DNA from: Microbotryum violaceum
Taxonomy: Eukaryota
NCBI GenBank assembly: GCA_001244265.2
Contig: CDLV01000007.1
Location: 1,116,001 to 1,180,000 of the forward strand
Length of the DNA: 64,000 nucleotides
Direction: 5' to 3'
The first letter of the stretch is position 1; every line of letters starts with the position of its first letter. Positions 42,431-54,027 of the stretch are shown here, piece after piece. The notes under the pieces were generated by a model. The model saw only the letters and a program-made list of their open reading frames with translations, searched no databases and was not told the origin of the DNA. The position numbers and the translations under genes were made by a program.

Positions 42431-44431
42431 ATGAGCCTGATGCTGCTGAAGACTTGTAAAGCGGGAGCAGCAACTGTCCGAATGGTCTCACGCACCTCCA
42501 GTGCTTCGGCGAGCCGCGTGAGCATGATTGGACGGCATCTCACAACCTCTCAGTCGGCGCAATCGAGCTCAACGCCGTCCGCATCGAGCGATCCTGCCGA
42601 GGTGAGTGTGAGGACTCAGCGGTAGAGCAAGGAATGCGAGCCTTATCTGTTGAATTGGTATGCAATTCTTTACAGCCCCTTGTCCGCTTCGAGTCGCTGC
42701 ACTCGCTTCGCAAAGCCACCTTGAACCGGCCCGCCGCATTCAATGCCCTCAACAAGGAAATGGTCGATTTGCTGCAGCCACAACTCGAAGTACGTATCTT
42801 CTTCTTCATTCTGCTGTCCTTGCGCGTTTAAAATCAGTTGTTGATCATCTGCGCTGCGTCAGAAATGGGAGGCCTCAGACCTGGCCAGCGTCATCGTCCT
42901 CCGGGGTACCGGCAAACACTTCTGCGCTGGAGGGGATGTCAAAAGTCGGTCATATGGTGTTCTCGCCGGAGGGAGGCCGTGGGTTTGTGTTGCTTTGTGC
43001 TGACGAGATGGCGACCTCTCTTCCGCAGCGCTTGCCAAGCAGCTTGCGACCGAGGAGACGTGGGCTGACTCGGCCAACTTCTTCGGTGACGAATATGTCA
43101 CGGATCATTTCATCGCAAATATGCGCACACCCGTGGTCGCGTTCATACATGGCAATACACGTAAGCCCTTCGCACGCTACGAACATGTAGGAGCTTCCGG
43201 CATGTAGGATTCGAAACTAAAGGCTGATCTTTATGCAGTGGGTGGTGGGTGTGGCCTCTCGATGCATGCTCCTTTCCGCATTGCCACCGAGACGACCATT
43301 TTGGGCATGCCAGAGACAAACATCGGCCTCTTCCCTGACGTCGGTGCCAACTTCTTCCTACCCCGCCTCGATGGCGAACTCGGCGTTTACCTTGGCTTGA
43401 CGGGCCACACCCTACGAGGAAAAGACGCTCTCTTCGCCGGCTTCGCCTCCCATTTCGTCCCGTCTGAACGTCTCAATGCTGTCGAAGCAAGGTTGAGCGA
43501 GCTTGGTGCAAAGGCTGCGCTTGAGGACGTCAACGCCGCCATTGAGGAGTTCGTCGCCGATGCCGAGGAGCTTCAGAGTGGGCCAGCATACCCGCTCGTG
43601 GGTGCAAAGCGACGAGCGATCGATGCCATCTTCGGTCGCAAGACGGTCGAATCGATCATTACTGGCCTCTCTGAACTCGAATCGGGTTCGATGCCACTCG
43701 ATAAGCTCGTATTTGAAGGAGAGGAAGTCGATATAGGTAACTTGCAGCAATGGGCGAAGACTACAAGAGAAGTCCTCGAGCATCGCAGCCCGACCAGTCT
43801 CAAGTTAACGCTCAAGGCCATCCGGGAAGGTGCGAAGCTAGACATCGACGAGGTTTTCGCTATGGATCTGAGGATTGCCACCGCATGCTGCGTAAGCACT
43901 TTGGTTGACTACCGAATGTACAGCTCTGCAACTGACAGTCAGCTACATGTTTTTGGTCCCCTGAAGAATCCCACCATCCACCCTGATTTCAGAGTTGGGG
44001 TCACTCACTTGCTTGTCGACAAACGCAAGGACCGTGCGCCGTGGTCGCCCTCTAGTCTGGCAGAAGTCGAGGACTCGACGATCCTGAAAAACTTCTTCTC
44101 TAACCCTGCGCCGTTCTCCAACCCTCCGGTCAAGCCACTACAAAAGCGCGCCCCTGAATCAGCCCGCCCGTACCGAGAATACCCGCATGCTCGGTTTTCC
44201 CTACCTTCGGAGCGGCAGATCAAGGACATTGTGACGGGAGAGGCGAAAGGCAGTGGGAAGTTTGCGATGACGAAGGACGAAGTTGTTGCCAGGGTCGCCC
44301 AAGAAGCTCAGAGATTGTCGGGTGGCGCTGAGAAGATTGGGCTTCGCGAGAAGGTGAACGAGGTCTTGCAGCGCAAGTGCCGGGTGGGAGAACAGGGGAC
44401 TTTGAGGTGGGTAAGCAGCTCGACAGTATAA
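42431..44431 (+). CDS. EHD3: mitochondrial 3-hydroxyisobutyryl-CoA hydrolase (crotonase fold)
   Basis: Presequence-like N-terminus, TLNRPAAFNALN, FCAGGDVK, GGGCGLSMHAPFRIATE, MPETNIGLFPDVG, SPTSLK and PDFRVGV. Confidence 0.92.
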
Positions 44432-44808
44432 GGACCCAGCACAATTAGACATCGTCCAACGATCACCTCGCTGCGGTCTTCGCCGCCGGTAGTTGCCGGA
44501 CCTCGATGTGGGTGCAAGTAAATATTTTGTAGAGCAAGATGCAGTTCCCCGCTCTTTAACCGAATGGCCCGACGCTCAGCTCGATACAAGAAAATTGAAG
44601 CGCGTCGATGCAACAGACGCATTTGTTTCTTATTACGAATTCATTGATCTCGGGCTTGTGATACAATGCTACACCCCCCCTCCTGTAATGGCAAATACTC
44701 GCCGCTATAGACGACCTTTTGCCATAAATCACGGAAAGTAAGGTAAGGCCCACCACTGCCCACAACTCCTGGCACCTGCCGCAGCCTGCCGTCGGCGGCT
44801 GCTTCATC

Positions 44809-47070
44809 ATGGCAGAGAGACGCGGATCGGCTTTACACTTCACTCTTAGCCACGCTTCAGGCTCCTTCAATACTTTGAGACTTACCAACACAGGCCAGCG
44901 CAACTCACAGCGCACCGTCCTTTGCCGAAAGCCAGGTTTTCCTTGTCGTACCTCCGCACGTGCTGCCCCACTGCAGCATATCAAGCTGGCGACCGAGGTG
45001 CCGGCTCGCAAACAGCGAGGTCGACTATCTCCGAGGAGGCCTCAAAGCCCAGGCGTCCCTCACAGCAGCCACAGAAGCCCTCTTCAGCCGCAAGTGACGT
45101 CCCTTGCGCCTACTCCTACGACTGCTTCCCGTATTCCTACAAGATCGCAAGCAGTACAAAGGCAAGCGTCGACAAGCTACCAAACGCTCCGAGGCACTTT
45201 GACTAGCGACTCCTCCATCAGCGCCAGCCTCGACGAACGAGCGGCGCCTGCATTGGATCCTCGACGCACGATCCCCCGTGTTAGTGCCGGTGTCAGCCCC
45301 CACCACACATCTAGGCAAGCTACAAGTCTTGCTCCACTATCGAGACCAGGTTTAGATCAGGTGGGAGTTGCCAGCAACTCGCTGACGCGGACCTCGGACG
45401 AGATCGTCGACGCGTCGACGACCGCGTCTCAACGCGACCTGGGTGTCGTCAGCGACATTGATAGCTCGACCACCACACTCGGTCACGCCAACACAGCCAT
45501 GTGGCGTCAGATGACCATGCGGCGTCAGATGAGTCCACTCGAACCGGTCCAGGTCCCGAATGTCAAAAATGATGTTGTCGTTGGCGATTCGGAGGAAGAA
45601 GGAGAAAGTGAGCATTTGTCATCGTCACGTGTTGATTTGCGCCCTTTCTGTTTCTGACCAAGGAGGAAGCCAACCTGATCCTTAGGCCTCATAGACACCG
45701 TATCGGATGGAAGCAACATTGTGAAGTCTGACCAGTCGAGCTACTTTCAGGACAAGCTACACGACAGCGGTACCCTTGATTTCGAACCCAATGTCTCTAC
45801 CCATGACGTGTCGACTTCGTCCCCCGTGCGTCGTTCCCGGACCCGATCGACTTTCGAGGGTAGCTCGCTCGGCCGCCTGACGAATCGTGGAGTTGAAGAC
45901 AACGAGAATGTTTTTATTCTCGAGGTTACCGCTCAGTCGAGCAAGGTCGCTGGAAGGGCCAAACGCACCAAATCGGCGCCTGTTCGTCGGGCAAGCACCT
46001 CGAAGCGCGCCCGCACAGCTACAGAGCCGGTCGAGGACGAGCACCAAGACTCCGACTTTTCTTTGGATAAGGCCGACTTACTCCGCACTTCAAAGCCGTT
46101 GGACTTGGCGACCACGGATCAACATGCGATTGATACGACTGTGCCGACCGGCCTGGAGAAACTGTGTACCGCTCCGGTTCGGAGTCGCGCTCTCGGGTGA
46201 GAAATGCCGGCAGTGTACCGAAGCGGACTTGAGGGCTAAACAATCAAAACTCACACGTTTCTTGCTTGCAAATTACCAAAGTGAACTCGATTGGCAAGAA
46301 ATGCGCAAGTCGACGAAATGTTCGAACAAGGTGCGTTCAGATGTTCGTGGCGGCAGCACTATGAGACCCGATCTCAACAGCAGTACAATGCACATGGTGT
46401 GCCATTGAATTCAGGTATCCTCGCGTTCCCCTTCAAAAGCTGGTACCAAAAGGGCCAACGAACAAGGTCCTTCAACCTGCACGTCGAGTCCGATGGAGTT
46501 GCTTCCGATATCGTCGCCTCCCGTCGAAGAGGCCTCGTCCCTCCTACCACCTCAAATCGATCCTCAAAATGCAGCTTTACGAGCACAAGCTAAACCCGTG
46601 ACCAAACAAGCCGAGATCAACGCGAAACCTGTTCGAGGTGAGTTTGCCCAGCTTGTTGCTACGTGCCACTGTACTTCACTGATTCCAACTCTTACATGCC
46701 GAACTAAAGGTCTGGCTGGCATCTTGACCCGCAAAGGCATCGCGGGCGTTCGTCACCCTGGCTTATCAAAAGCTGCGAAAGTACCCCGACTCCATGCCAA
46801 TCTGAAGCCACCTCCCCCGCCCAAGGCAGCAATCCCCAAGCCCAGAGAAAAGAAGAAGAAAGGAGACGAGTCCTATTCAGATGAAGAGAAGGTCAGCTCG
46901 GTTCGGCGGGTTCGCAGTCAAGCGGCTGAGAGGCTGCTAACGTATCTCTGCCCACGTTGATTTCACAGCCTTGGTGGGAAACCAAACACCCGGAAGAGTG
47001 GACAGATGAGGACTTTGAGCGGTACCGTCGCGTCACCGAGCGTCGCGAGCGCGGGCTTGATTCTGACTAG
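44809..47070 (+). CDS. hypothetical, largely disordered S/T/K-rich protein (multi-exon; start uncertain)
   Basis: Consecutive open frames joined by GT-AG introns. C-terminal GLSKAAKVPRLH…KKKKGDESYSDEEK|PWWE…GLDSD*. Confidence 0.55.
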
Positions 47071-47203
47071 GTCGATCTTGCCTGGTGCTCGCTTGGTCTT
47101 TTCGGTCACTTGAACTGTTGCATCCCCAGAGTATTAATATGGCAGTTGTGCTGTAAAGCGTAAGTAAAGTGTAAAGTACTTGCTAGGTCTTAGATCGCTC
47201 GTG

Positions 47204-48872
47204 TTATCCGAACCGAAGGCGAGAGGCTATGGAGCGGTCAGACTCGGCTATGCCCTTCAACATCGTCAAGCAGTGTTTGGCTGTCATGGCGTCGTCGTTT
47301 TCCAGTCGTACGTATTTCAGCATCAGGTTCTGGCACCTCTTTAGTACCTGAGCGCACTCGTCCTCGACTCGGGATGCAATATGCAGCAGCGTTTGCTCTA
47401 CTTTGGCTTCGTTGCGAGCCGAGACGACATCCAGTAGGCCAGAGATGACATCTTGCCACGACTGGAGTGCAGCGGATCCGCGATCAAGCCTCTCGATATG
47501 CAACAGGCGCAACGCAACAAGCGTACGGAAGGATGGGTAAGAAGCTTCGTCTGAGTTCGGTTCGACCTGGATCGTCCAGCCTCGCCAGTAACCTTCCGCT
47601 TCCAATAGGTCTCGTTTGGCGCTCCCATGGGGGTCGTCCAACACGAGCTGCTCAACGTAGCTGCTGAGGTCGAGGTTGTTGTTTTCCAAGTTGTTGGGTC
47701 CCAAACTGAACCCGTACTCGGCCATCAACAGCGCATTGTCATGGGCTGGAACGGCCACTTCCGACTGATTCAGCTAACGCAAGTGAGGCGTAGAGTGAGT
47801 GTCAAGTCTCACTCACCGCCGTACGAGAAGATGAATTCATCGCCCTGTCGATAAGCGTCCTCGGTCGTCGAAGTAGCGGGCGGAGACGAGAACGACAGCG
47901 AGGAGGAGCTTCCTTGGGGTAACGTCGTCCTGCTCGACCGGTGATTGATCATGTCGATTATAGGGCAAAGCGTGAGGTTATCTGTCTGAGGCAGACCAAG
48001 GTCGTAGTAGAGACAACGGGTATTGACGTTGCACCATGCGATGTGGAACGCTTGGAAGCGCAAGCGGTCCGTCTCCTCAGGATGAGTCCCCAGATGATCG
48101 TCCCACACCGCTCTGCACCTTTTCCAGTCCACCTCGAAGCGGTTGATCACGTCGTCGGTGCGCACGGAGAGGCTCGGCGCGAGACAGGATAGTAAGTCAA
48201 TGCTTAGATTCTGCGAGGGCCCGGACGGCGTCTTGTCGGAGGCATCGATTTCGAAGCGGTCGCATAGCTTGAACGAACTGGCGGCCAGCTCCCAAGTCAG
48301 GGGTAATGAGTCGAATCTCGTGGGAAGTGACTGCGTGAAAGGGTGGAAGAAATCCCTCGGTGTAGTGCCGCGGGCTCGCCCGTTCGCGTCCAACTGTGAT
48401 TCTTCGGTGGCGGCGGATCGCAAGGCCAAATGAAGCGAGATCAATTGTGTCGATGTGAGGGAGCGTGCCACATGCGTGGAATACAGGGGGGCAAGACTGA
48501 GTTTGTTGCAAAGCAGTCGCGACGGAATCGATACAGTCGACGTTGAAGGCGGCACTGCTTGCGCCGCGACCAACGCTCGTTCACCTATGGGCCGTTGAAG
48601 ACGTGGCTCACGACACTGATTCAGACTCAAGGAGGTGTAACAACGTGCAAGAATGTGTTGGCGTGTGGGTAACCAACCCCTCGGCCTGGCCATCGCAGCT
48701 CGCAGGCAGCGACAGCAGTAGCATCTCGTCCCGATGGATGCCCCACGGCCAAATGCCTTCTGTTCGACTTACCCGGTGAAACGTCCCTGAGCTCTGCCAG
48801 GTTACAATGTCCGCCATTAGACTCGACCCAGCTCCACAACTGCTCGATCCAGGGTGCAGACGAGCTTGCCAT
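47204..48872 (-). CDS. SET-domain protein lysine methyltransferase (Rkm2/SETD-like)
   Basis: LWSWVESNGG, RALVA…SIPSRLL, AWCNVNTRC, LCPIIDMINH and EFIFSYG|AHDNALLMAEYGF. Confidence 0.88.
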
Positions 48873-49950
48873 TGTGGGCTCGTCGGACTGAAAGGGACTC
48901 GCGCCGATTCGGAGAGGGTGGAGGCGAGGAAGGAATCAGAATACAATGTAAAGATTAATGCCGGTTTAGCGACGGCGTACGTGGACACCCAGCCCCCACA
49001 GGCCCCCACTGCATCTCATTACTACATATGGGCCGCCTTTTGTCGATTTGAACACACGAGAATACACGCGCGCGGCTGCTTGATGATGTGCATGCTGATT
49101 TGACGACACGCACGCGCGTACTTGAACACACGCATGCGAATTGGGAAAGTTCATCGTCCTCGACTCCTCATTCTCATCCGAAAACGCCGTATGAGACTAT
49201 GCGGCTTCGAGCTCATCAACCATAGATGGGCACAAGATTGATTGCCAGTTTAGCATTACCAGTTTAGCATTACCCGACGCCAGATGCCTTTGCAGCCAGC
49301 TTATGCTCTAACTGACTATAAAGTGCAGGGTCAGACGTCAGACTCTGGGAAAAAGTGTTGCGTGCCTTGGTTCGACGGCGTCGCTTCCCGGTCGGTACGT
49401 CACGCTGCCCTGAGTGAGGAGGAGTGAAGACTAGGTTTGATTTGGCCAACTGGATGCGAGCTTGCTCCACTCAAGCAAGAAAAAGCAACGGGACGATGAG
49501 GCCCTGCAAGCGGAATTGAAGCGGCTTGAAAGGCTTGCTTCCGGCACGGAAAAGAGGTACCAGTCATGGTTGGAGAATCATGGAACGGACTGAAGATCGG
49601 CCCGAGTACTCCCGAGTAAACTGTAGTAGTCGCGGCTAAAATCAAATAAAAAAGCGGGCGGCTAGGGGGAACAACTATCGCCGACTTCGGGATCACGAAA
49701 CGCCGGCGACACTGGCAGGGCGATCTCAAGAGGGTTGTACCGGCGCTCAAGTCGGCCGTTCGGCGACTTCCCCCCACGCATCAAGTGAGCTGACTCATCT
49801 CCCCCCTCCACACCGAACTTACATGTGACCTTGGTACTGACCGTCTTGCCAATTTCCGGGACTCTCTCCCACTGCCTTCCACCACAACGCCTCGACAATA
49901 TGAAGTGGGCAGTACGATTCACGAAAAAGATCAGAAGCCGGTGTGTAAAA

Positions 49951-50592
49951 GCACGCTTACATAACCGCTCTAATCGCTCGTCACTCTGGGCTCACATAAG
50001 GTCGGGTTTTGGGCCCACGTTGGAGGCAACTCTGGTCCCACATCGGAGGCGACTCTGGTCCCACATCGGAGGCGACTTTGGGATCACATCGGTGCGGACT
50101 TTGGGAGCACATCTGAGGTTATTCTGGTACCACGTTCATAGGGGACTGTGGTACCACATATAGTGTAGACGCCTGTATCTCTTGCAATGTGTGATGTATC
50201 ACTCTGGGAACAGTATTTGCATGTACAGGTCTATAGTGCTTCTGGCCGGTGAGACAAGGCGGACAATGCAGTAGTTGCTACATCGGGGCTCTACTCTTCC
50301 CCGGCCTGCTTGGCCGCTCCGGCGCCCGGCGGTGGTGTCGGTGATGTCAGCGATTCCGGGACCTCACACTGCAATCCGGACGACTGTCGGACTGCCAACG
50401 TCTATGCAACAAACATCATAGGGTAAAGTAAACCCTTTTTTCCCTATGCCTTGTCACTGTAGCGTCCTTATCACTAACCATTTCAGTGACGCTATCACAT
50501 AAATCACACGGGTGAGCTCTAGCTCCATTAGGCCTGCAACCTTTAGAACCCTTATTAGAAACCGGCAAGCTCACGAATGCCGCTCGGCCTGA

Positions 50593-50629
<37 letters not shown>

Positions 50630-52240
50630 CTCATTGAAGCTTCGTACGCTCCTCGTCTTTACACCCCACTCACCCACTCGTACACACAATCCTCACACAA
50701 AGCACTCCTTTCCTTCCTTGATGAGCGGATAGTTCGTCCATTTCGAGCACAACAACGCCTGGATGGGGTACCTTCCAGACGACGCCAAGTACGCTCATGT
50801 CAACAACTTAAGCGATGAACCAACTGCAAGTCAAATACAAAGGGGACCGCTCACCCATTGCGCTGCGACAACAAAGCTCGCCAGATCCATACCTATCAGA
50901 TGATGAATCGGATTCATATGAGGATGAGGATGACTCGAAACTCTCGGCAGCTTTGGTCGCGGTCCCCCCAAGTCCTCGATGTCTCGCACCTCCTCAGCCT
51001 CGGGGCTTTCGAACTCTCGCAAAAACTGTTCCAGTGACTCCGAAGAGGATTCGACAAGCGATTCATACTACGGAGTCGAAGAAGACAGATCAGAGGAGGC
51101 ATTATTTGACAACGTCGTCTCCGCACCACTCCTGGCTCGGAAAGACAAGAAGATTTGGACCGGCATACCTGCGAGCTCTCTCGGCGGAACGCAGACCGAC
51201 GAACTGTCGAACACGAAGCGCGGAGGCATTTCTCTCAAACATCATCTTCACCACTGCAGAGCACAACGAGCTCCGTCTCAGGCCGCTCGTTCCTCGCAAG
51301 CAGAAATCTTAATGGAAATTTGTAAGCAACCTCCCTGTCCTGGAGCTCCCAAGGTTCATAGCTACAGAGATGTGTCGAAGCTGCGTGCTGCGCTGCGTTT
51401 TGTTTCGTCCTGTGATCGAACTAACTCTTATTCGTGAGATATATCAACAGACGCATGATTGGGCCTCACGCAAATATGAATGCTGTCTCGCTGTCGTCGA
51501 GCGACCTTACGGTAAGGCGCCCTCGTCTACTCATCATCAACAGCCGTCAGACGTAGCAGTGGGGATCTGATGACGTCCAGAACTGCCCATCACTCTTCTA
51601 GAAGCTTGGAATCAACCGCGAAGGTCGACCTGTTGTGGAGGTTCTGCGGATGGCCGTCGTTGCTCGGGGGCCTGCAAAAGAGATCGGGGATGTTTGAACA
51701 TCGTTCAACTACAATGATCATACAAGCAAAATTCTGCCGATGTCGAAGCGTGACTTATTAGAGTCTGTATCTTCGCTCGATCTCTATGAACTGTTCTTCA
51801 TGGATGAGAGAAGCGAGGGACCGGTGCCAATTCTGGTCTAATCCGAGTCGGCGCAATCACGTTCGGGAGTGTCGACCTTGGCGGTTCGGGCGCCGGACCG
51901 CTGCTGACACCACGGGCGCGGAGAGGCCAAGCGGGGCAGAACATCGATGTAGCAACTACTGCATTGTCCGCCTTGTCTCACCGGCCAGAAGTACTATAGA
52001 CCTGTACATGCATCAAAATACTGTTCCCAGAGTGATACATCACACATTGCAAGAGATACAGGCGTCTACACTATGTGGTACCAAAGTCCCCATGAACGTG
52101 GTACAAGAATGACCTCGGATGTGATCCCAAAGTCCAAAGTCGCCTCCGATGTGGGACCAGAGTCGCCTCCGATGTGGGACCAGAGTTGCCATCCTCGGGA
52201 CCACAGTGCCCTGCTATTCGCGCGATTAACCTAATTCCGA
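49951..52240. mobile_element. non-autonomous DNA transposon relic with long (over 300 bp) inverted repeats containing 23-bp tandem units
   Basis: About 49976-50345 is the reverse complement of about 51900-52210 and is near-identical over 50115-50285 / 51945-52120. Units have consensus GGAGGCGACTCTGGTCCCACATC. The interior holds a broken ORF. Exact termini are uncertain. Confidence 0.75.
50596..50627 (+). repeat. poly(A) tract, A32
   Basis: 32 consecutive A, counted directly. Confidence 0.95.
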
Positions 52241-52523
52241 TGTGTAAAATGACATCACCCCCTGTGTTGACCGCAAGTTCGGCCTGGTCGACACTCCTAA
52301 CGGCGAAACTTCAACGATGCTCCGCGCTTCGCCGTCCCGGTTCGTCCTCGGCCCGACCACGTTGCCGGCTCCGAATTACCGCTCGACGCACTAGCTATGT
52401 ACCTTCACATTTCAAGCATATTTCCTCCTCTCCTCTTCTTTCCCTCTTGCACACCATCCTGTCCGGCCACTATCTCCTCAGACCCTTACCCGACCTTACG
52501 TTTCCTCGTTTCCCTTCACCACC

Positions 52524-52943
52524 ATGCAGCCCAACACCCATACGTTCTATGATCTCAACGACGCCGAGCGCGCTGTTCTTTCAGAGGCCGATGTCGCACA
52601 GATTGCCGTCTATTCCCAACAAGGAATCACGTTTTCCGGTATTCCAGAGGCCAACCTGGCCAATCTGCCCGCCGGTCACCAGGGGAAGGCCAGCCTCGCG
52701 CGTGACAGGGAGCCTGTTCGGCAAAATCATTTCTTTGAAGCCGCCTTGGGCATCATTGCGAAGCAGTGAGTTCAGCATCGTGCAACAATGGTCTGTTGTC
52801 TACTAGATGTTATCATAGGGGCTGACTCGGGGTACGTTTGTGTGTTCAGTCGCGAGCACTTGCCTCTGGAAAGGCAGCAGCCGGAGCAGTTGATCCGTGA
52901 GATTGGCCTCGAGCTCGTGACGCCCGAGGCGCTGGCGACTTAG
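52524..52943 (+). CDS. small two-exon orphan protein (about 111 aa)
   Basis: ATG at 52524, GTGAGT donor at 52766, branch site GCTGAC at 52821, CAG acceptor ending 52849. The phases match, giving …IIAKH REHLPLERQQPEQLIREIGLELVTPEALAT* (TAG 52941-52943). Confidence 0.55.
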
Positions 52944-53030
52944 GCCATGTCCAAGCTCGAGGCCAATCTCACGGATCAACTGCTCCGGCTGCTGCCTTTC
53001 CAGAGGCAAGTGCTCGCGACTGAACACACA
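52839..53030. repeat. perfect 77-bp inverted repeat with a 38-bp loop
   Basis: 52839-52915 is the exact reverse complement of 52954-53030. Confidence 0.95.
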
Positions 53031-54027
53031 TGTGTGTTCAGTTGTGGTCTCGTGTGTGTCATCATAAATCTGGGGAGCGAGATGTAAGGAGCCCCGGGCC
53101 TGTAAGGTATGCGCCTCTGATGATGTGCATAAAATACAATCTGTCGTTCTTGACCACACTAGACTAAAAGCAAGTCGTAACTAGAACTCGGCAATTCTAG
53201 CTACTCAAAGGCTACTTATAGGGCTGTTCTGTGTACAGGCGGGTTCTTCGGTAGTACTCTCGATGTTGCTTGACGAATAGACAGTCCCAAAACCAGTCGA
53301 TTATCAAGTGTGAGTCAAGAGTGGGGTCCAGTGAAGGAGAGAAGAGAGCTACGGATCGCTGTTTAAGGAGATCTGGCGAAATGAAAGGGAGAGATGTAGA
53401 CAATGTGGTTCTTTGTGGTGACCGGCAATAGAGACAGACGAGATAAAAGTAGGAAAGGATGACAAGGGGATGCACAATGGTTGTCAGTCAAAGGCAGGAA
53501 AATGGGAGGTCAGGTAAGTCGGTCCGTCGGTCCGAGGTTTGAGACTTGGACCTACCGAGAGGCTGCCGAACCTTACACGAGAATCTCGCTTGAGTGCGCC
53601 TGAAATGCGAAAGAGTGTTGTCAAAATGGGTCGGAAACAGGTGAAAAGTGCGAAGGGGTGTATAAATGCTACTTCGAGGATCAAAGATAGCGCTGACGCG
53701 TGTGTCCAATGCGTCGAGGTATGTCACAGAGGATCTGGCGAGCTTTGGCGAGTGTCAGTTATGTCGATCTGATGTGTGCTGTGAAGTGATCTCGCGCGCA
53801 TTATCATGGCGCCGCGCGTGTTCACTCGGAATAAAACGACAAAAGGCGGCCCATACACTACTACTACCTCACTACACCCGCCTAAATCGGTCTAAGCTAC
53901 GCGCGCGCCTGAACAGACAGAAACCAACTCGGCCCGTTGGCTTCCTGCTAATAAGTGCCTACAGACTCCCCACCTCGGCCAATCTACGCGGAAGCTCCGA
54001 GAAGGACCTCGAGTGACCAGATCTACC

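Noticed and set aside
49245-49274. 14-bp tandem duplication CCAGTTTAGCATTA as a transposon footprint
   Set aside because: It cannot be distinguished from replication slippage without an orthologous allele.
49982-52208. CACT…AGTG termini implying a CACTA element
   Set aside because: Both motifs fall inside degenerate 23-bp units, and no 2-3 bp TSD flanks them (CGT versus CCC).
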